This document shows, one piece after another, positions 1 through 8,604 of a stretch of 53,847 bases of DNA. This DNA is from Terrimicrobiaceae bacterium (lineage in GTDB: Bacteria > Verrucomicrobiota > Verrucomicrobiia > Chthoniobacterales > Terrimicrobiaceae): positions 1 through 53,847 of the forward strand of contig JALQZP010000001.1 of NCBI GenBank assembly GCA_023258235.1, written 5' to 3'. The stretch's first letter is position 1. The number at the start of each line of letters is the position of its first letter. The position numbers and the translations under genes were made by a program. The notes under the pieces were generated by a model. The model was not told the DNA's origin and did no database searches. It was given only the letters and a program-made list of their open reading frames with translations.

Positions 1-677
1 CAAACCACCGTGGGATTTTCTCTTTCCCCGGTTGGCATCCTGACCCATCTAACGCGGCCACAGGAATTCCTGATGTACTGACTTTTATACTAGAAAACGG
101 GAACGAATCCAAGCCTGAAATGTGTCATAAAATCCACCCAGTCTGGATCTGCTTCTCGGGGTGGTGGCCGAAATCGTTATCGGAATCGGAGACGCCACAT
201 CGAAGAAAAAGATCGATGCAGAGATTCAAAGAGTCGCTATGACACGCGAGCCACTGGCGCAGAGGTGATGATCAATTTAGTTATGCGCTCAATCAATCAT
301 CATGAATCCAAGACCCCCCTGTATCAACCGCAGAAACCAAGCCCCCGCTTCCGGATTGCGCCTTGCCGAAATCTACAACGCAAGCTGGCTGCTCGGGAGC
401 AGGGACTCCTGAGAGCAAAGGTAGGAAGTATACACCCGAAGAGATTAGGAAGCGGTTGCTGGAGTTGGGAGGCAGAGACGTGACGCTCGACCCAACAGCC
501 TCAAGAGCATTCGAGCTGCCCGCGTCGGGAGCATTGCCGCAGAAGCAGGGCTGACACTCGGGCCAGTAACTGAAGCCGATCTCCAGCAAGCCCCCGGGCT
601 TGCTGTGCGCTTGCTCTACCTCAAAAGTTGTGAAACAAATGATCGTATTCTGACGAATCTTATTATACTAAAGTCGT

Positions 678-1076
678 ATGTCCCCTAAGCCTCTCAAAAC
701 AGCCTCAACTATTACTATTAAGGAGTCGAAAATTTTCAATAATCCCAGCGCATCGCAGCCGGCGGGGGATTTGTATAAAACTCTTTCCGATAAAATCGAG
801 GAATACATCCTCAAGTTGGGGTATTCGAATTCGCAGACACTGGGAATCGTCGTTCAAATTCTCACTCAAGGTAAGGTGAGGGTTGATTTCCGTGATTATA
901 CCGAGAGATTGCAACTCTTCGAAGATGGCGTTCTTTTTAGCCGCACGGAGGCGGTCGATATTTTCGATAAACATATCGTCAATATGCAAAAACCTGCATC
1001 AGCGCAGGCTTCTGGTTCAAATATGACCCAGAGGATTGTGATTCAGCCACCGCGTGCGCACAAGGCCGGCCGGTAG
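678..1076 (+). CDS. Hypothetical small protein, tandem paralog A (no family recognised)
   Basis: 132-aa ORF. By hand count, 41 of 50 core residues are identical to the next ORF (LYK.LS.KI.EY.LKLGYSNSQ.LGIVVQILTQGKVRVDFRD). Both also share a C-terminal TQR(I/V)(V/I)(I/V)Q.PRA motif. In the nucleotide stretch I compared by eye, several of the differences between the copies are synonymous third-position changes, which suggests both are translated. Confidence 0.6.
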   Translation: MSPKPLKTASTITIKESKIFNNPSASQPAGDLYKTLSDKIEEYILKLGYSNSQTLGIVVQILTQGKVRVDFRDYTERLQLFEDGVLFSRTEAVDIFDKHIVNMQKPASAQASGSNMTQRIVIQPPRAHKAGR

Positions 1077-1245
1077 CGTTCCGGATCAGGGCCCCAAATT
1101 TTACTCATTGTCGCAATTCGCTGGAAGGGCTCGAGTGCCTAGAGAGGCTTCTGGGGTAAGTTGAGATGGATGAATACAGAAAAGTGCTGATGATAGAAAA
1201 AAATAATTCGTTGAAATAACGGGGTATTTGCTATCGTCAAACTGT

Positions 1246-1635
1246 ATGTCAAGTCATGCAGCCCCCCATACGTCCGAGATTGCGATCAAAGAGACCAAAC
1301 TCGAAAATGAGGGAGGTGCCATGCAGTCCACTGGCAGTTTATATAAGCCATTGTCGGAAAAAATTGACGAATACATGCTCAAGCTCGGGTATTCGAATTC
1401 CCAAGCGCTTGGCATCGTTGTTCAAATCCTGACGCAAGGCAAGGTGAGGGTGGACTTTCGTGATTTCAACGAGCGTTTGGAGTTGGTCAATGCAAGTGAT
1501 TTATGTGACAGGGCCCGCGCGGTGGCCTTGTTTGAGGAGCATCTCCTTTCGAATCAATCCGGCGATACCTTGGATGATAAAGACAATCCCACCCAAAGGG
1601 TGATCGTTCAGACGCCTCGTGCGGTCGCATCCTGA
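1246..1635 (+). CDS. Hypothetical small protein, tandem paralog B
   Basis: The ORF track starts at a TTG (1228). The ATG at 1246 gives MSSHAAPHTSEIAIKETK, which aligns with MSPKPLKTASTITIKESK of paralog A. It has the same conserved core and C-terminal motif as 678..1076. Confidence 0.6.
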   Translation: MSSHAAPHTSEIAIKETKLENEGGAMQSTGSLYKPLSEKIDEYMLKLGYSNSQALGIVVQILTQGKVRVDFRDFNERLELVNASDLCDRARAVALFEEHLLSNQSGDTLDDKDNPTQRVIVQTPRAVAS

Positions 1636-1675
1636 TTCCACGGTGTCGATGATTCCCGATTGAAAATTCCGGCGT

Positions 1676-2692
1676 TTATTTCAAGGAGGCTGTGTCCTCG
1701 TTTGGCGATCGGAGTGTTTCCAAGGCGGATTGCGCGGCTTTGGAATACAAATGCTCGATGTCAAAGTTTTGGCGAGGGTCTCCATCCCGGTGGGTGAGGA
1801 AAATCCTATCCGCCATGAACCCTGGATGATATTCGAGAGTTGCATCAAGACAATCGATCGCGGCAAAGGTGGAACCCCGCCACGTGCGACCGATGAATTG
1901 AATCTCCTCCGATGCCTCGTCGAGGCGAATGAGCCAGCCGTGGATATTTGGAGGCAATAAAGATCCCCTTCCAGTCACGCAAGGCAGGGCCCAGCGAACA
2001 GGGTTTTTGTTGCTGTGGGATCGTCTTAAAAGTGTCTCCCAGCGTGCAGGCAGAGCTGTTTCCGGTGCGTCGGGTTTTTGGTCTTCGGCTGGACACTTGA
2101 GCTTTCGCCAAGCAAACCAAAGATGTCTGCGAATGCTTCGCAGTAGTGGGGGAAGAGCGACGATGATGGCCATGAACAGCATGGCCGCGATTCCCAAGGC
2201 GATGAGCGGGCTCCATGCGATCAAGCTGAGTCCACCCAGCACGATTCCGTCCTCGGCGAGGCTCAGGCCGATATTTGTGAAGGGTTCCGGCGATGTGTTC
2301 GCCACAAGGCGGGTTCCGGCTTTGGCAAGGTGCGAGGAGAGGGCCATGCTGCCGGCAAGGAGGGCGGCTGTGATTTCAAAAACGGGATTCGCATCTCCCA
2401 TCGCGGCCACGGCAAGGGCTGCCGCTCCTAGCGGACGAATAAAGGTGTGAACCGAGTCCCAAGCGGTATCGATCCATGGTATCTTGTCGGCAAAAAACTG
2501 CAGCAAATACAGAATACCGGCCAAGACGATGACGATCGGGTGAGCAAGTGCGTCCAGACCGTGCAGGGGAGCGGGGAGGGTGACCCAATCGAATCGCAGC
2601 GCGAGGCCGCTCACAAAAACGGTGAGATATAAATTCAGTCCAGCCAAGCTTCCCAAGCTGAGGGCTACGGCGAGCGTTTTAAGAATTTCCAT
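1676..2692 (-). CDS. DUF4126-like integral membrane protein with an extra ~140-aa soluble C-terminal domain
   Basis: 338-aa ORF. The N-terminal ~190 aa are polytopic and hydrophobic, with FADKIPWIDTAWDSVHTFIRP, which I recognise as DUF4126-like. The C-terminal half is hydrophilic and I could not assign it. Confidence 0.6.
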   Translation of the reverse strand: MEILKTLAVALSLGSLAGLNLYLTVFVSGLALRFDWVTLPAPLHGLDALAHPIVIVLAGILYLLQFFADKIPWIDTAWDSVHTFIRPLGAAALAVAAMGDANPVFEITAALLAGSMALSSHLAKAGTRLVANTSPEPFTNIGLSLAEDGIVLGGLSLIAWSPLIALGIAAMLFMAIIVALPPLLRSIRRHLWFAWRKLKCPAEDQKPDAPETALPARWETLLRRSHSNKNPVRWALPCVTGRGSLLPPNIHGWLIRLDEASEEIQFIGRTWRGSTFAAIDCLDATLEYHPGFMADRIFLTHRDGDPRQNFDIEHLYSKAAQSALETLRSPNEDTASLK

Positions 2693-2737
2693 ATCAAGAA
2701 TGGCGCCGCTAAACGCGGAGAGATTGGCGGGATCGAA

Positions 2738-3625
2738 TCAGAACGAAGGGAGTTTGCGGCCGGTCAATTTTTCGAAGGCTTCGATGTATTTTTGGGAGGT
2801 CTTTTCCGCCACCTCTATTGGCAGTTCGGGGGCGGGCGGGGTTTTATCCCATTCGAGGGTTTCGAGGTAGTCGCGTACAAATTGCTTGTCGAAGCTGGGA
2901 GGGTTGGTTCCCGCAGCCCAGGAGTTAGCGGGCCAGAAACGCGAGGAATCGGGCGTGAGGCACTCATCGATCAGGATCACGCGGTCATCGGCAATGCCGA
3001 ACTCGAACTTCGTATCCGCAATCAAAATACCCGCTTGCGCCGCATGGGAGCAGCCGTGCTCGTAGAGATCGATGGTCTGGTCGCGTACTTGGATGGCTAA
3101 TTCATCGCCCAAGACAGCGCGACATTGCTTCCAAGTGATGTTTTCATCATGACCTGTCTCCGCCTTTGTGGATGGGGTGAAGAGGGTTTTTGGAAGTTTC
3201 GCGGATTGCTGCAGGCCGGCAGGAACCTCGTGGCCACCGACGGTGCCTGAGGCCTGATATTCCTTCCAACCGGATCCGGCAATGTAGCCGCGGGCGACAC
3301 ACTCCACCGGCAGCGGTTTCGCTTTGCGAACCAGCATGGATCGGCCTGCGAGTTGGGCCTCGAACGGATGCAGAACGGATGGGAATGCCTCGAATCTCGC
3401 GGTGATGAAGTGATTGGGAATAAAGTCTAAAACGTCATACCAGAATACCGACATCTGTGTGAGTACCTCGCCCTTTCTCGGGATCGGGGTCGGCAGGATG
3501 CAGTCGAAGGCCGAAATGCGGTCGGTGGCCACGATGAGGAGGCAATCGCCAAGATCAAAAACTTCGCGGACTTTTCCGCTGCGGAGTTTTTTGATTCCGG
3601 GAAGATCACATTCAAGAAGCGTCAT
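2738..3625 (-). CDS. purC: Phosphoribosylaminoimidazole-succinocarboxamide (SAICAR) synthase
   Basis: Contains GKVREVFD...LLIVATDRISAFD and the FELGxxxD-type block TKFEFGI.DDRVILIDE typical of PurC. I placed the start at the internal Met (MTLLECDL, 3625) so it does not overlap the upstream gene, which ends at 3669. Confidence 0.9.
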   Translation of the reverse strand: MTLLECDLPGIKKLRSGKVREVFDLGDCLLIVATDRISAFDCILPTPIPRKGEVLTQMSVFWYDVLDFIPNHFITARFEAFPSVLHPFEAQLAGRSMLVRKAKPLPVECVARGYIAGSGWKEYQASGTVGGHEVPAGLQQSAKLPKTLFTPSTKAETGHDENITWKQCRAVLGDELAIQVRDQTIDLYEHGCSHAAQAGILIADTKFEFGIADDRVILIDECLTPDSSRFWPANSWAAGTNPPSFDKQFVRDYLETLEWDKTPPAPELPIEVAEKTSQKYIEAFEKLTGRKLPSF

Positions 3626-3668
3626 AAAAAGAGGTGGTTGAGTTGTGGATGGAAAACCGGCGTATTTT

Positions 3669-4985
3669 TTAGGGTTCGGGATTGGCCTTGATGAAATTCT
3701 GGAACCAAATACCCGAAGGTCCAATCTCGAGTTGCATGGTTTTTTTGTTAAGGTAGGAAAGTCCGAAATTGGCGGCGTAGCCTTCTGCCCATTCGTAGTT
3801 GTCGATCAGGGTCCATGGGAAGTATCCCCGGATGTCGACGCCGTCTTCCATCGCACGGCGCATTTGATTCACGTGTTCGCGGAAGTACCGGATTTTTTTC
3901 TGTTCACTCTGTGTGCCGATGCCGTTTTCGGAAATGACGATGGGCTTGGCGTAGCGGCGATGGACATCGACAAGCACGCTGTGGAGACCTTCAGGATCGA
4001 TGAGCCATCCGTTTTGTGTGTAGTTGGAACTTTGCTCTCCTTTGGGACGCACGATGAAGCGTCGGGCGGAAGCGACTTGGGAATAGTAATAATTCACGCC
4101 GATCAGATCGACGGTATCCGCGACTTGGTCAAGGTGGTCAAAATTCTGTCTCTGCATCATATTGTAAACGCAGGAGGTTGGATCTTGAAGTGGGTTGCGC
4201 TTCCATTTGGGCAGGGAATGGATGCTCATGACCAGAGCGCCGGGATCATTTTTGTGGATGATAAAAGCGGCCTCGCGGAACATCGCAACGCTCACCGCTG
4301 TTGCTTTTTTCAGGGCGCCGGGAGTGGCCAGGAGGCCCGGTGGCCAGTGGCCCCCAAAGTAGCTTATGTAAAGATCGCCATTCGGTTCGTTCTGCGGTAC
4401 CCACACATCCACGTAGGGGGAGAGGGCGGATACCATTTTTGTGACGTAATTTTTCCAGTGCGATTGAATGTCGGGATGCAAGAAGTTCGAGCGGGCCTTG
4501 TTTTTGGGATCATAAAGCCAGTCGGGGAAGGTGAAATGCCAGAGCGTGACAACGGGTGTGATGCCGGCGGCCTTCAGTTTGCGTGCCATTTCAGCGTATT
4601 GGCGAATGGCTTTTTCATTGAACTCGCCGGGTTTGGGTTCGACCCGCCCCCACTCAATTCCGAAGCGGTAGTGGTTCACGCCAATCTTCTTCAAGGCCGA
4701 CAAATCCTTGTCAAAATGAGTCCATGAGAATGTGGCTTCGTCTCCCCGAGGGGGGATCTTTCCCTCTTCGGCGAATGTATCCCAATCCGTCTTGAAATAC
4801 TCTGGTGAATCTTTTGGCACCCCGCGATCCTCGTTTTGGAAACTGGCTGTGGACGTTCCCCACCAGAACGGTCCGATTTGAATGGCGCGTGTGGTGGAGG
4901 GTTGCCGGTACGCTTTGGGCGGCATCACGCAACCGGTCAGAAAAACGAGGGAGAGAAGAGTCGCACGAATCGGATTGAGTGACAT
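3669..4985 (-). CDS. Glycoside hydrolase family 1 (beta-glucosidase-like), probable lipoprotein
   Basis: Has the GH1 signatures FWWGTSTASFQNED, the acid/base motif QNEPN and the nucleophile motif ISENG. The N-terminus MSLNPIRATLLSLVFLTGC looks like a lipobox. The alternative upstream ATG at 5012 would overlap the start of the divergent neighbour. Confidence 0.85.
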   Translation of the reverse strand: MSLNPIRATLLSLVFLTGCVMPPKAYRQPSTTRAIQIGPFWWGTSTASFQNEDRGVPKDSPEYFKTDWDTFAEEGKIPPRGDEATFSWTHFDKDLSALKKIGVNHYRFGIEWGRVEPKPGEFNEKAIRQYAEMARKLKAAGITPVVTLWHFTFPDWLYDPKNKARSNFLHPDIQSHWKNYVTKMVSALSPYVDVWVPQNEPNGDLYISYFGGHWPPGLLATPGALKKATAVSVAMFREAAFIIHKNDPGALVMSIHSLPKWKRNPLQDPTSCVYNMMQRQNFDHLDQVADTVDLIGVNYYYSQVASARRFIVRPKGEQSSNYTQNGWLIDPEGLHSVLVDVHRRYAKPIVISENGIGTQSEQKKIRYFREHVNQMRRAMEDGVDIRGYFPWTLIDNYEWAEGYAANFGLSYLNKKTMQLEIGPSGIWFQNFIKANPEP

Positions 4986-5010
4986 GTTCCCAGCCTTATA
5001 GATTCTGTGC

Positions 5011-5913
5011 ATGTTGCCTTCAACGTTGAAATGGGTCGGTCTTTTTTTAATCGGGATATCGGTGCCGGTTTTTGCGAAACAGCATGCCTATGCAGAGCCT
5101 GATAGTGTTGTTCTGAAAAGCGGTCGCGTTGTGCGGGGTGTGATCTTGAGAAACACGGCGGAGACCATTTTGATTCAAGAGAGATACGGGGAAAATGCCT
5201 ATCCCAAATCGGAGATCGTTCGAATTCACGACGAGGCCGATATGGGATTGGAGTTCACCGAAGTGTCCCGGGCAGGCGACCTTCCGGCCTGGCGAGTGAT
5301 GGTGAATGATATACGTAACAACGATGCCATCAAATCGCTTGAGCAGATACCCGCGACCTACATAGATAATGGAATCTTCAAAAACGTGCCGTACATGTCA
5401 TTTCGCATTAACAAGTTCATCGAGATGAATATCTATGGCGACCCGGATAAGCCGGCCGCTATTGAATTCGGAATCTATGGAAAATCTTCAAGCAACGAAG
5501 AGATGCGGGTAACTCTTCGAAGCTTCATGGCTGGATTTTTAAGTTCCCGCGCCGAGGTCGCTGCGATCTATGCTATCCCCTTTGAGGGCGGTGAAAAAAA
5601 CATCGGCAGTATTCGCGTGAAAATCACCCCCAAAACCGCTACGGACGCTTATGGCGCTTGGTGGATCAGTATCAGCAATCCCAAGATGCTCGAGGCCTCC
5701 AGACTGACCGAATCGGAGTACACTCTGGTTACGAAGCCCAATGATCTGGTAGTTGATAGATCCGGCCGAGTGCGGGAGAAATCCTGGTCTCAAAACGACC
5801 TCGGCCTCTCCCCGAAATTACGGAAACTGGGACAGAAGACCCCAGTTTATATGCGTGGTTTTTATCGTGATGCCCAAGGGGATTTCCGTCTTCTTTCCGA
5901 AAAATCAAATTGA
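5011..5913 (+). CDS. Hypothetical secreted protein
   Basis: 300-aa ORF with a signal-peptide-like N-terminus (LKWVGLFLIGISVPVFAKQHAYA). No family motif recognised. Confidence 0.55.
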   Translation: MLPSTLKWVGLFLIGISVPVFAKQHAYAEPDSVVLKSGRVVRGVILRNTAETILIQERYGENAYPKSEIVRIHDEADMGLEFTEVSRAGDLPAWRVMVNDIRNNDAIKSLEQIPATYIDNGIFKNVPYMSFRINKFIEMNIYGDPDKPAAIEFGIYGKSSSNEEMRVTLRSFMAGFLSSRAEVAAIYAIPFEGGEKNIGSIRVKITPKTATDAYGAWWISISNPKMLEASRLTESEYTLVTKPNDLVVDRSGRVREKSWSQNDLGLSPKLRKLGQKTPVYMRGFYRDAQGDFRLLSEKSN

Positions 5914-5996
5914 TCCAGATTCAAGAAAAAGCGCCGCGAAAATTTTATAATTTGGCTGGAAAGTGAGTATCGAAAAGATTAAAAAGACTGCCTTTT

Positions 5997-6614
5997 ATGG
6001 GATCCGACCACAGTAGCAAACTTTCTGACACGTATCTTAATCTCTCCGACGAGGAAAACGGGGAGCTTGGCGACAAAGTGCAGCAAGTGCGGGCGGAACT
6101 TGAAAGCCTCAAACAGAAACAAGAGGAAATCGAGCGTGAAAAAAATCGTCTGGAGGAACTCAAGCGTCGCCAAGACTCGCTCGATCAAGGTCGATCGGAT
6201 CTCCTTGATAAGTTCACCCGTGCGCTCGTAGTCGTCCAGAGGGAGATTGAGGAATCCCAAAAACGAGTGGAGCAGATGCACGCCATCCACCAATCGTTCA
6301 CCCAGCATCTAAGCCACTTGGAAGCGATCAATACCCGTAATTGGAATCCTCAGGATTTGCCGCGCGAACTCAGCAAGGCGATCAGTGCTGTGGAGGATGC
6401 CCGCTCGGAATATATCAAAGCCCAAGCCAAAATTTCCGTCGATACGACATCGGATGATGAAAACTTCTCAAGCACCTCGGAGGGCGACTACTCGTTTGAG
6501 GAGGAACGGGGATTCTATTTTTGGCTCAAGAATGGATTTGCATTCACCTTGCCATTGCAAGTGATTGCCGTTCTCGCTATTCTCATCTACATCTGGTCTG
6601 CCGCCGCTAAATAA
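5997..6614 (+). CDS. Hypothetical coiled-coil protein with a single C-terminal transmembrane anchor
   Basis: 205-aa ORF. It is E/K/R/Q-rich with heptad-like stretches (VQQVRAELESLKQKQEEIEREKNRLEELKRRQ). It ends in the hydrophobic segment FAFTLPLQVIAVLAILIYIWSAAAK. Confidence 0.55.
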   Translation: MGSDHSSKLSDTYLNLSDEENGELGDKVQQVRAELESLKQKQEEIEREKNRLEELKRRQDSLDQGRSDLLDKFTRALVVVQREIEESQKRVEQMHAIHQSFTQHLSHLEAINTRNWNPQDLPRELSKAISAVEDARSEYIKAQAKISVDTTSDDENFSSTSEGDYSFEEERGFYFWLKNGFAFTLPLQVIAVLAILIYIWSAAAK

Positions 6615-6619
6615 CACCC

Positions 6620-6970
6620 ATGCGTCTCTCCAAGTTGTCCTCATCGACAAAAGTCACTGACGAACAAAAGCGCCTCTCGAAAGAACAGGCAGGACTCGTT
6701 CGCCGAGAGCAGGAGCTTAAGAAAGCTCTCCTTCTTGAAGCCAAGAAAGAGCAAGAGCGCAAGAAGGAGCAGGAGCGGAAAAAAGTGAAACTGAACGTAG
6801 CTGCAGTCGCGCATGCGCCATTCAGTATGCCGCGCAGCAAGTCATCCTATCCCCAGAAAGGAAAGCCCCGTTTGGCTCGCGAAGTTCAGAATGACAAAGT
6901 CAAATTCCTTTTTCTTTGCATCGTTTTCGTTGCGATTTTGGTGATGCTCTGGCGGGCCATCCCGTCTTAG
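6620..6970 (+). CDS. Hypothetical K/E-rich protein with a C-terminal transmembrane anchor
   Basis: 116-aa ORF that starts 5 nt after the preceding stop. It contains a KKEQERKKEQERKK repeat and ends in FLFLCIVFVAILVMLWRAIPS. Confidence 0.5.
   Translation: MRLSKLSSSTKVTDEQKRLSKEQAGLVRREQELKKALLLEAKKEQERKKEQERKKVKLNVAAVAHAPFSMPRSKSSYPQKGKPRLAREVQNDKVKFLFLCIVFVAILVMLWRAIPS
6743..6778 (+). repeat. 18-nt in-frame tandem duplication (KKEQER x2)
   Basis: aagaaagagcaagagcgc is followed directly by aagaaggagcaggagcgg. The three mismatches all fall at third codon positions. Confidence 0.8.
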
Positions 6971-6987
6971 TAATCGACCGAGTTTTT

Positions 6988-8604
6988 TTACGGGGTTTCG
7001 CCGTTGAGGGATTCCAGTTTTCCATCCTTCCGGAAAACCCATTTTACTTTCAGATCATTCGCATCGCTTTTCCAACTGGGGCGGGATTCCAGAACATTTT
7101 GTAGCTTGAGCCATTGTTTTTTGTAATCGAGGCCATGACTCCAAAGATGTCCTTCATAGCCACAGGCGACGGGCCAGCCGAGTAGCATCACCGGATTGTT
7201 GAATTGCGGATCAATGGCGATCCTCGAACCACGTGGCACTTTTTTCAATGCGAGTTCGGTCGCGGCAAGTTGGGAGCGGGTGATGAGTTTGTATCCGTGC
7301 CGGCCATCGAGGCCGCCAATCAAGGACACAGCACCGCTGAAAAAAAGAACGGCACACACGAGCATCTGGAAAGGTTGCGGCAAAGGCGCGATGAGGATTT
7401 GCCATAAAAAGGGGGCGCACACGAGCCAGGCCCAAAGCAGCATTTTTGTGTTGTCCCACTCCCACGGGGCGAAGGCAAAAAAGAAGCAGATGGCGAAAAT
7501 TCCCAAGGCGGGAAAACAAAAACTGCGAGACTGGGTGTCACCACGAACCGTGACCAACACGAGAAGGATTATCAAAAGCGGCAGGGAGATGCCAAAATTC
7601 AAAATCCAGAAGTGGATGCCGCCATCCGCTTGCATCCATCCCGGAAGCCAACGCAGTCCGGATGCCGCCGAGAAGCCGCCAGTGATCAGATACATTGCTC
7701 CCGAGGCGGGAAGAATTGCCGAACCAACGAACATCAAAAGTGATCTTCGGGATGGGGGGTGAAAAACAAACAGTCCTGCCAGAATGAAGCTCAAAACGAG
7801 GAAGGCATGGGCACTGAAAAACGGCAGTGTGATATAGAGAAGAAATTGAACCACTCTTGGAATGCCTGAGCCGGTTCCAAAAAAATCCTCCCTCCATGCC
7901 CTCAGCAGAACGAGTCCGCAAGGAAGCGCGTAAAGCAATCCGCGCTGGGTTACAAACATGGTTAGAAACAAGTTTTTCCAAGCCAGTTCGGTTTGAAAAT
8001 CCACCATTGTCCATGTGCTAAAAAAGGCGAATCCGGCAATGCCACCGTTGAACAAAAGGGCAGCGATAGCAAATGCGCCTCCCCATCTCCATAGGGCCCA
8101 GGCGGTGAGCGCGGAGCCGACGAGTCCACTCCAGACCAGTCCGCGTTCGAGTGGGATGCCCGTGAGAAGGAGAAGGCTATTCCACAAATCCATGCCAAGC
8201 GGGTAAACGAGGGGAGATCCTGATAAAATGGGGCTTTCCGGCCAAAATGGAATTCCTGAAGCGAGGTAGCGGATGAATTGGATGTGGATCGATATGTCGC
8301 CCAGATTGTTTGGCGAGAGTATGCGCCATTCGTCGCCCACACTGTAGATCAGCCAGATAAAGGCCCGTAGCGATGCCAGGGCGAACAGGGAGAGTAGCAG
8401 GACGTCCCAGGCTGTGGGTGTCGGGGCAATCTCTTCTTGTACGCACCAAGCTGTGAAAAGGCCTGCCAGCGTGCCAAGTGCTATGGCCAAATACGCGCCG
8501 CTCGAGGTTAGTCCGCCTGCCGCAAATGACCATCCGATGGCGCTGGAGACGGAAACGGCGACCAGAACAAGCAGCCCTGTGATGATGCGGCCAGCGTGGC
8601 TCAT
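6988..8604 (-). CDS. Polytopic membrane protein with a C-terminal soluble domain (possible GT-C-like glycosyltransferase)
   Basis: 538-aa ORF with more than 10 hydrophobic segments, followed by a ~100-aa hydrophilic tail. Its start overlaps the stop of the upstream GT-C gene by 4 nt (8601..8604). The function is inferred from architecture and context only. Confidence 0.5.
   Translation of the reverse strand: MSHAGRIITGLLVLVAVSVSSAIGWSFAAGGLTSSGAYLAIALGTLAGLFTAWCVQEEIAPTPTAWDVLLLSLFALASLRAFIWLIYSVGDEWRILSPNNLGDISIHIQFIRYLASGIPFWPESPILSGSPLVYPLGMDLWNSLLLLTGIPLERGLVWSGLVGSALTAWALWRWGGAFAIAALLFNGGIAGFAFFSTWTMVDFQTELAWKNLFLTMFVTQRGLLYALPCGLVLLRAWREDFFGTGSGIPRVVQFLLYITLPFFSAHAFLVLSFILAGLFVFHPPSRRSLLMFVGSAILPASGAMYLITGGFSAASGLRWLPGWMQADGGIHFWILNFGISLPLLIILLVLVTVRGDTQSRSFCFPALGIFAICFFFAFAPWEWDNTKMLLWAWLVCAPFLWQILIAPLPQPFQMLVCAVLFFSGAVSLIGGLDGRHGYKLITRSQLAATELALKKVPRGSRIAIDPQFNNPVMLLGWPVACGYEGHLWSHGLDYKKQWLKLQNVLESRPSWKSDANDLKVKWVFRKDGKLESLNGETP

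Noticed and set aside
586-603. A GC-rich palindrome, gcaagccc-cc-gggcttgc, considered as a Rho-independent terminator.
   Set aside because: No T-tract follows it, and no supported gene ends just upstream. It is mentioned only within the finding on the 5' edge.
7234-7251. A TGGCAC...TGC sequence resembling a sigma-54 -24/-12 promoter. Similar TGGCAC hits occur near 38350 and 45455.
   Set aside because: The GG-to-GC spacing is off by 2 nt or more from the consensus TGGCAC-N5-TTGC. All three hits lie inside coding regions, and this one is also on the wrong strand for its gene.
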